A stretch of 27,159 bases of DNA from positions 1 through 27,159 of the forward strand of contig NW_021833362.1 of NCBI RefSeq assembly GCF_006345805.1, in the 5' to 3' direction. Origin of the DNA: Octopus sinensis (lineage: Eukaryota). The translations under genes and the position numbers were made by a program. The notes beneath the pieces were generated by a model. It made no database searches, was not told the DNA's origin, and saw only the letters and a list, made by a program, of their open reading frames with translations. Shown in pieces: positions 18,154 through 27,159 of this stretch; positions within the stretch are counted from its first letter, which is position 1; each line of letters begins with the position of its first letter.

Positions 18154-21100
18154 TCTTTAACAATTATATAGAGAGAGAGACATCTTCATCATCAGCATCA
18201 TTTTACAGTTCACTTTTCCTTGCTTGCATGGGTTGGAGAGTATTCGTGTTCTTTAACAATTATAGAGAATGAGAGACATCTTTATCATCAGCATCATTTT
18301 ACAGTTCACTTTTCCTTGCTTGCATGGGTTGGAGAGTATTCGTGTTCTTTAACAATTATAGAGAGAGAGAGAGACATCTTCATCATCAGCATCATTTTAC
18401 AGTTCACTTTTCCTTGCTTGCATGGGTTGGAGAGTATTCGTGTTCTTTAACAATTATAGAGAATGAGAGACATCTTATCATCAGCATCATTTTACAGTTC
18501 ACTTTTCCTTGCTTGCATGGGTTGGAGAGTATTCGTGTCTTTAACAATTATAGGAGAGGAGAGAGACATCTTCATCAGCATCATTTCACAGTTCACTTTT
18601 CCTGCTTGCATGGGTTGGAGAGTATTCGTGTTCTTTAACAATTACAGAGAGAGAGAGAGACATCTTCATCATCAGCATCATTTTACAGTTCACTTTTCCT
18701 TGCTTGCATGGGTTGGAGAGTATTCGTGTTCTTTAACAATTATAGAGAGAGAGAGACATCTTCATCATCAGCATCATTTTACAGTTCACTTTTCCTTGCT
18801 TGCATGGGTTGGAGAGTATTCGTGTTCTTTAACAATTATAGAGAGAGAGAGACATCTTCATCATCAGCATCATTTTACAGTTCACTTTTCCTTGCTTGCA
18901 TGGGTTGGAGAGTATTCGTGTTCTTTAACAATTATAGAGATGAAGAGGACATCTTCATCATCAGCATCATTTTACAGTTCACTTTTCCTTGCTGCATGGG
19001 TTGGAGAGTATTCGTGTTCTTTAACCAATTATAGAGAGAGAGAGACATCTTCATCATCAACATCATTTTACAGTTCACTCTTCCTTGCTTGCATGGGTTG
19101 GAGAGTATTCGTGTTTTAACAATTATAGAGAGAGAGAGAGACATCTTCATCGTCAGCATCATTTTACAGTTCACTTTTCCTTGCTTGCATGGGTTGGAGA
19201 GTATTCGTGTTCTTTAAAATTATAGACAGAGAGAGAGAGACATCTTCATCATCAGCATCTATTTTACAGTTCACTTTTCCTTGCTTGCTGGGTTGGAGAG
19301 TATTCGTGTTCTTTAACAATTATAGAGAGAGAGAGACAATCTTCATCATCAAATCATTTTACAGTTCACTCTTCCTTGCTTGCATGGGTTGGAGAGTATC
19401 GTGTTCTTTAACAATTATAGAGAGAGAGAGACATCTTCATCATCAGCATCATTTTACAGTTCACTTTTTTTGCTTGCATGGGTTGGAGAGTATTCGTGTT
19501 CTTAACAATTATAGAGAATGAGAGACATCTTCATCATCAGCATCATTTTACAGTTCACTTTTCTTGCTTGCATGGAGAGTTGGAGAGTTTGTTTCGTGTT
19601 CTTAACAATTATAGGGAATGAGAGACATCTTCATCATCAGCATCATTTACAGTTCACTTTTCCTTGCTTGCATGGGTTGGAGATTATTCGTGTTCTTTAA
19701 CAATTATAGAGAGAGAGAGACATCTCATCATCAGCATCATTTTACAGTCATTTTCCTTGCTTGCATGGGTTGGAGAGTATTCGTGTTCTTTAACAATTAT
19801 AGAGAGAGAGAGACATCTTCATCATCAGCATCATTTACAGTTCACTTTTCTGCTGCATGCATGGTTGGAGATTATTCGTGTTCTTAACAATTATAGAGAG
19901 AGAGAGACATCTTCATCATCAGCATCATTTTACAGTTCACTTTTCCTTGCTTGCATGGTTGGAGAGTATTCGTGTTCTTTAACAATTATAGAGAGAGAGA
20001 GACATCTTATCGTCAGCATCATTTTACAGTTCACTTTTCCTTGCTTGCATGGGTTGGAGAGTATTCGTGTTCTTTAACAATTATAGAGAGAGAGAGAGAC
20101 ATCTTTATCGTCAGCATCATTTACAGTTCACTTTTCCTTGCTTGCATGGGTTGGAGAGTATTCGTGTTCTTTAACAATTATAGAGAGAGAGAGACATCTT
20201 ATCGTCAGCATCATTTACAGTTCACTTTTCCTTGCTTGCATGGGGTTGGGAGAGTATTCGTGTTCTTTAACAATTATAGAGAGAGAGAGACATCTTTATC
20301 GTCAGCATCATTTTACAGTTCACTTTTCCTTGCTTGCATGGGTTGGAGAGTATTCGTGTTCTTTAACAATTATAGAGAGAGAGAGACATCTTTATCGTCA
20401 GCATCATTTTACAGTTCACTTTTCCTTGCTTGCATGGGTTGGAGAGTATTCGTGTTCTTTAACAATTATAGAGAGAGAGAGACATCTTTATCGTCAGCAT
20501 CATTTTACAGTTCACTTTTCCTTGCTTGCATGGGTTGGAGAGTATTCGTGTTCTTTAACAATTATAGAGAGAGAGAGACTCTTTATCATCAGCATCATTT
20601 TACAGTTCATTTCTTCTTTTCCTTGCTTCATCGGTTGGAGAGTATTCGTGTTCTTTAACAATTACAGAGAGAGAGAGAGACATCTTCATCATCAGCATCA
20701 TTTTACAGTTCACTTTTCCTTGCTTGCATGGGTTGGAGAGTATTCGTGTTCTTTAACAATTACAGAGAGAGAGAGAGACATCTTCATCATCAGCATCATT
20801 TTACAGTTCACTTTTCCTTGCTTGCATCGGTTGGAGAGTATTCGTGTTCTTTAACAATTACAGAGAGAGAGAGAGACATCTTCATCATCAGCATCATTTT
20901 ACAGTTCACTTTTCCTTGCTTGCATCGGTTGGAGAGTATTCGTGTTCTTTAACAATTACAGAGAGAGAGAGAGACATCTTCATCATCAGCATCATTTTAC
21001 AGTTCACTTTTCCTTGCTTGCATGGGTTGGAGAGTATTCGTGTTCTTTAACAATTATAGAGAGAGAGAGAGACATCTTCATCATCAGCATCATTTTACAG

Positions 21101-24100
21101 TTCACTTTTCCTTGCTTGCATGGGTTGGAGAGTATTCGTGTTCTTTAACAATTATAGGGAATGAGAGACATCTTCATCATCAGCATCATTTTACAGTTCA
21201 CTTTTCCTTGCTTGCATGGGTTGGAGAGTATTCGTGTTCTTTAACAATTATAGAGAATGAGAGACATCTTCATCATCAGCATCATTTTACAGTTCACTTT
21301 TCCTTGCTTGCATGGGTTGGAGAGTATTCGTGTTCTTTAACAATTATAGGGAATGAGAGACATCTTCATCATCAGCATCATTTTACAGTTCACACATTTC
21401 CTTGCTTGCATGGGTTGGAGAGTATTCGTGTTCTTTAAAATTATAGAGAGAGAGAGACATCTTCATATTCAGCATCATTTTACAGTTCACTTTTCCTTGC
21501 TTGCATGGGTTGGAGAGTATTCGTGTTCTTTAACAATTATAGAGAATGAGAGACATCTTCATCATCAGCATCATTTTACAGTTCACTTTTCCTTGCTTGC
21601 ATGGGTTGGAGAGTATTCGTGTTCTTTAACAATTATGGAGAGAGAGAGACATCTTCATCATCAGCATCATTTTACAGTTCACTTTTCCTTGCTTGCATGG
21701 GTTGGAGAGTATTCGTGTTCTTTAACAATTATAGAGAGAGAGAGACATCTTCATCATCAGCATCATTTTACAGTTCACTTTTCCTTGCTTGCATGGGTTG
21801 GAGAGTATTCGTGTTCTTTAACAATTATAGAGAGAGAGAGACATCTTCATCATCAGCATCATTTTACAGTTCACTTTTCCTTGCTTGCATGGGTTGGAGA
21901 GTATTCGTGTTCTTTAACAATTATGGAGAGAGAGAGACATCTTCATCATCAGCATCATTTTACAGTTCACTTTTCCTTGCTTGCATCGGTTGGAGAGTAT
22001 TCGTGTTCTTTAACAATTATAGAGAGAGAGAGACATCTTCATCATCAGCATCATTTTACAGTTCACTTTTCCTTGCTTGCATGGGTTGGAGAGTATTCGT
22101 GTTCTTTAACAATTATAGAGAGAGAGAGACATCTTCATCATCAGCATCATTTTACAGTTCACTTTTCCTTGCTTGCATGGGTTGGAGAGTATTCGTGTTC
22201 TTTAACAATTATAGAGAGAGAGAGACATCTTCATCATCAGCATCATTTTACTGTTCACTTTTCCTTGCTTGCATGGGTTGGAGAGTATTCGTGTTCTTTA
22301 ACAATTATAGAGAGAGAGAGACATCTTCATCATCAATATCATTTTACAGTTCACTTTTCCTTGCTTGCATGGGTTGGAGATTATTCGTGTTCTTTAACAA
22401 TTATAGAGAGAGAGAGACATCTTCATCATCAGCATCATTTTACAGTTCACTTTTCCTTGCTTGCATGGTTGGAGAGTATTCGTGTTCTTTAACAATTATA
22501 GAGAATGAGAGACATCTTCATCATCACCATCATTTTACAGTTCACTTTTCCTTGCTTGCATGGGTTGGAGAGTATTCGTGTTCTTTAACAATTATAGGGA
22601 ATGAGAGACATCTTCATCATCAGCATCATTTTACAGTTCAATTTCCTTGCTTGCATGGGTTGGAGAGTATTCGTGTTCTTTAACAATTATAGAGAGAGAG
22701 AGACATCTTCATCATCAGCATCATTTTACAGTTCACTTTTCCTTGCTTGCATGGGTTGGAGAGTATTCGTGTTCTTTAACAATTATAGAGAATGAGAGAC
22801 ATCTTCATTATCAGCATCATTTTACAGTTCACTTTTCCTTGCTTGCATGGGTTGGAGAGTATTCGTGTTCTTTAACAATTATAGGGAATGAGAGACATCT
22901 TCATCATCAGCATCATTTTACAGTTCACATTTCCTTGCTTGCATGGGTTGGAGAGTATTCGTGTTCTTTAACAATTATAGAGAGAGAGAGACATCTTCAT
23001 CATCAGCATCATTTTACAGTTCACTTTTCCTTGCTTGCATGGGTTGGAGAGTATTCGTGTTCTTTAACAATTATGGAGAGAGAGAGACATCTTCATCATC
23101 AGCATCATTTTACAGTTCACTTTTCCTTGCTTGCATGGGTTGGAGAGTATTCGTGTTCTTTAACAATTATAGAGAATGAGAGACATCTTTATCATCAGCA
23201 TCATTTTACAGTTCACTTTTCCTTGCTTGCATGGGTTGGAGAGTATTCGTGTTCTTTAACAATTATAGAGAGAGAGAGACATCTTCATCATCAGCATCAT
23301 TTTACAGTTCACTTTTCCTTGCTTGCATGGGTTGGAGAGTATTCGTGTTCTTTAACAATTATAGAGAATGAGAGACATCTTCATCATCAGCATCATTTTA
23401 CAGTTCACTTTTCCTTGCTTGCATGGGTTGGAGAGTATTCGTGTTCTTTAACAATTATAGAGAGAGAGAGACATCTTCATCATCAGCATCATTTTACTGT
23501 TCACTTTTCCTTGCTTGCATGGGTTGGAGAGTATTCGTGTTCTTTAACAATTATAGAGAGAGAGAGACATCTTCATCATCAGCATCATTTTACAGTTCAC
23601 TTTTCCTTGCTTGCATGGGTTGGAGATTATTCGTGTTCTTTAACAATTATAGAGAGAGAGAGACATCTTCATCATCAGCATCATTTTACAGTTCACTTTT
23701 CCTTGCTTGCATGGGTTGGAGAGTATTCGTGTTCTTTAACAATTATAGAGAGAGAGAGACATCTTCATCATCAGCATCATTTTACAGTTCACTTTTCCTT
23801 GCTTGCATGGGTTGGAGAGTATTCGTGTTCTTTAACAATTATAGAGAATGAGAGACATCTTCATCATCAGCATCATTTTACAGTTCACTTTTCCTTGCTT
23901 GCATCGGTTGGAGAGTATTCGTGTTCTTTAACAATTATAGAGAGAGAGAGACATCTTCATCATCAGCATCATTTTACAGTTCACTTTTCCTTGCTTGCAT
24001 GGGTTGGAGAGTATTCGTGTTCTTTAACAATTATAGAGAGAGAGAGACATCTTCATCATCAGCATCATTTTACAGTTCACTTTTCATTGCTTGCATGAGT

Positions 24101-27100
24101 TGGAGAGTATTCGTGTTCTTTAACAATTATAGAGAGAGAGAGACATCTTCATCATCAGCATCATTTTACAGTTCACTTTTCCTTGCTTGCATGGGTTGGA
24201 GAGAATTCGTGTTCTTTAACAATTATAGAGAGAGAGAGACATCTTCATCATCAGCATCATTTTACAGTTCACTTTTCCTTGCTTGCATGGGTTGGAGAGT
24301 ATTCGTGTTCTTTAACAATTATATAGAGAGAGAGACATCTTCATCATCAGCATCATTTTACAGTTCACTTTTCCTTGCTTGCATGGGTTGGAGAGTATTC
24401 GTGTTCTTTAACAATTATAGAGAGAGAGAGAGACATCTTCATCATCAGCATCATTTTACAGTTCACTTTTCATTGCTTGCATGAGTTGGAGAGTATTCGT
24501 GTTCTTTAACATTATAGAGAGAGAGAGACATCTTCATCATCAGCATCATTTTAAGTTCACTTTTCCTTGCTTGCATGGGTTGGAGAGTATTCGTGTTCTT
24601 TAACAATTATAGAGAGAGAGAGACATCTTCATCATCAGCATCATTTTACAGTTCACTTTTCCTTGCTTGCATGGGTTGGAGAGTATTCGTGTTCTTTAAC
24701 AATTATAGAGAATGAGAGACATCTTCATCATCAGCATCATTTTACAGTTCACATTTCCTTGCTTGCATGGGTTGGAGAGATTCGTGTTCTTTAACAATTA
24801 TAGAGAATGAGAGACATCTTCAATCATCAGCATCATTTTACAGTTCACTTTTCCTTGCTTGCATGGGTTGGAGAGTATTCGTGTTCTTTAACAATTATAG
24901 AGAGAGAGAGAGACATCTTCATCATCAGCATCATTTTACAGTTCACTTTTCCTTGCTTGCATGGGTTGGAGAGTATTCGTGTTCTTTAACAATTATAGAG
25001 AATGAGAGACATCTTCATCATCAGCATCATTTTACAGTTCACATTTCCTTGCTTGCATGGGTTGGAGAGTATTCGTGTTCTTTAACAATTATAGAGAATG
25101 AGAGACATCTTCATCATCAGCATCATTTTACATTTCACTTTTCCTTGCTTGCATGGGTTGGAGAGTATTCGTGTTCTTTAACAATTATAGGGAATGAGAG
25201 ACATCTTCATCATCAGCATCATTTTACAGTTCACATTTCCTTGCTTGCATGGGTTGGAGAGTATTCGTGTTCTTTAACAATTATAGAGAATGAGAGACAT
25301 CTTCATCATCAGCATCATTTTACAGTTCACTTTTCCTTGCTTGCATGGGTTGGAGAGTATTCGTGTTCTTTAACAATTATAGGGAATGAGAGACATCTTC
25401 ATCATCAGCATCATTTTACAGTTCACATTTCCTTGCTTGCATGGGTTGGAGAGTATTCGTGTTCTTTAACAATTATAGAGAGAGAGAGACATCTTCATCA
25501 TCAGCATCATTTTACAGTTCACTTTTCCTTGCTTGCATGGGTTGGAGAGTATTCGTGTTCTTTAACAATTATAGAGAATGAGAGACATCTTCATCATCAG
25601 CATCATTTTACAGTTCACTTTTCCTTGCTTGCATGGGTTGGAGAGTATTCGTGTTCTTTAACAATTATGGAGAGAGAGAGACATCTTCATCTTCATCATC
25701 AGCATCATTTTACAGTTCACTCTTCCTTGCTTGCATGGTTTGGAGAGTATTCGTGTTCTTTAACAATTATAGAGAATGAGAGACATTTTTTTATCATCAG
25801 CATCATTTTACAGTTCACTTTTCCTTGCTTGCATGGGTTGGAGAGTATTCGTGTTCTTTAACAATTATAGAGAGAGAGAGACATCTTCATCATCAGCATC
25901 ATTTTACAGTTCACTTTTCCTTGCTTGCATGGGTTGGAGAGTATTCGTGTTCTTTAACAATTATAGAGAATGAGAGACATCTTCATCATCAGCATCATTT
26001 TACAGTTCACTTTTCCTTGCTTGCATGGGTTGGAGAGTATTCGTGTTCTTTAACAATTATAGAGAGAGAGAGACATCTTCATCATCAGCATCATTTTACT
26101 GTTCACTTTTCCTTGCTTGCATGGGTTGGAGAGTATTCGTGTTCTTTAACAATTATAGAGAGAGAGAGACATCTTCATCATCAGCATCATTTTACAGTTC
26201 ACTTTTCCTTGCTTGCATGGGTTGGAGAGTATTCGTGTTCTTTAACAATTACAGAGAGAGAGAGAGACATCTTCATCATCAGCATCATTTTACAGTTCAC
26301 TTTTCCTTGCTTGCATGGGTTGGAGAGAATTCGTGTTCTTTAACAATTATAGAGAGAGAGAGACATCTTCATCATCAGCATCATTTTACAGTTCACTTTT
26401 CCTTGCTTGCATGGGTTGGAGAGTATTCGTGTTCTTTAACAATTATAGAGAGAGAGAGACATCTTCATCATCAGCATCATTTTACATTTCACTTTTCCTT
26501 GCTTGCATGGGTTGGAGAGTATTCGTGTTCTTTAACAATTATAGAGAGAGAGAGAGACATCTTCATCATCAGCATCATTTTACATTTCACTTTTCCTTGC
26601 TTGCATGGGTTGGAGAGTATTCGTGTTCTTTAACAATTATAGAGAGAGAGAGACATCTTCATCATCAGCATCATTTTACAGTTCACTTTTCCTTGCTTGC
26701 ATGGGTTGGAGAGAATTCGTGTTCTTTAACAATTATAGAGAGAGAGAGACATCTTCATCATCAGCATCATTTTACATTTCACTTTTCCTTGCTTGCATGG
26801 GTTGGAGAGTATTCGTGTTCTTTAACAATTATAGAGAGAGAGAGACATCTTCATCATCAGCATCATTTTACAGTTCACTTTTCCTTGCTTGCATGGGTTG
26901 GAGAGAATTCGTGTTCTTTAACAATTATAGAGAGAGAGAGACATCTTCATCATCAGCATCATTTTACATTTCACTTTTCCTTGCTTGCATGGGTTGGAGA
27001 GTATTCGTGTTCTTTAACAATTATAGAGAGAGAGAGACATCTTCATCATCAGCATCATTTTACATTTCACTTTTCTTGCTTGCATGGGTTGGAGAGTATT

Positions 27101-27159
27101 CGTGTTCTTTAACAATTATAGGGAATGAGAGACATCTTCATCATCAGCATCATTTTAAA
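18154..27159. repeat. Satellite array, about 94 x 96 bp, truncated by the window end
   Basis: Consensus TCTTTAACAATTATAGAGAGAGAGAGACATCTTCATCATCAGCATCATTTTACAGTTCACTTTTCCTTGCTTGCATGGGTTGGAGAGTATTCGTGT; matches the 32-aa periodicity in the ORF track. Confidence 0.98.

Noticed and set aside
18188-18194. CTGATGA on the minus strand of nearly every 96-bp monomer as a tandem hammerhead
   Set aside because: No helix II closing onto GAAA and no helix I partner; explained by one substitution in the (GAT)n SINE tail.
18220-27112. Large repetitive ORFs (up to 483 aa) as protein-coding genes
   Set aside because: Produced by a 96-bp period with two stop-free frames; many indels; monomer traced to non-coding elements. 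Kept only as a low-interest finding.
17187-27159. 96 = 3 x 32 period relationship between the two arrays
   Set aside because: Only TCCTTGC is shared (inverted); the 96-mer has an independent traceable origin; treated as coincidence.

Overview
AT-rich eukaryotic genomic DNA, most likely an octopod cephalopod. That assignment rests on my recognition of the SINE families and was not checked against a database. Bases 1-16.7 kb look intronic/intergenic. They hold long (TA/CATA) microsatellites, three SINE families, decayed CR1 and RTE LINE 3' ends, TTAA-type MITEs, a non-autonomous Helitron, and three phase-compatible + strand exons (11444-11593, 14914-15018, 15371-15428) that may end an unidentified host gene. 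Bases 16.8-27.2 kb are a composite: inverted Penelope-like terminal repeats bracket a purine tract and exactly 29 copies of a 32-bp unit, followed by about 94 copies of a 96-bp satellite running off the window end. The long ORFs in the track are repeat artefacts. Main unexpected signals: (1) seven type I hammerhead ribozyme motifs of five sequence types in 17 kb, including a near-canonical one at 8404-8448 (-) between 363-bp-offset direct repeats and two relatives with a large structured helix II insert; (2) the 96-bp satellite monomer is a junction of a Penelope-like terminus, (GA)n and an RTE-type SINE tail, all present elsewhere in the window; (3) a SINE/CR1 shared 3' stem-loop with a compensatory base-pair change. 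All structures were folded by eye; no activity is demonstrated.
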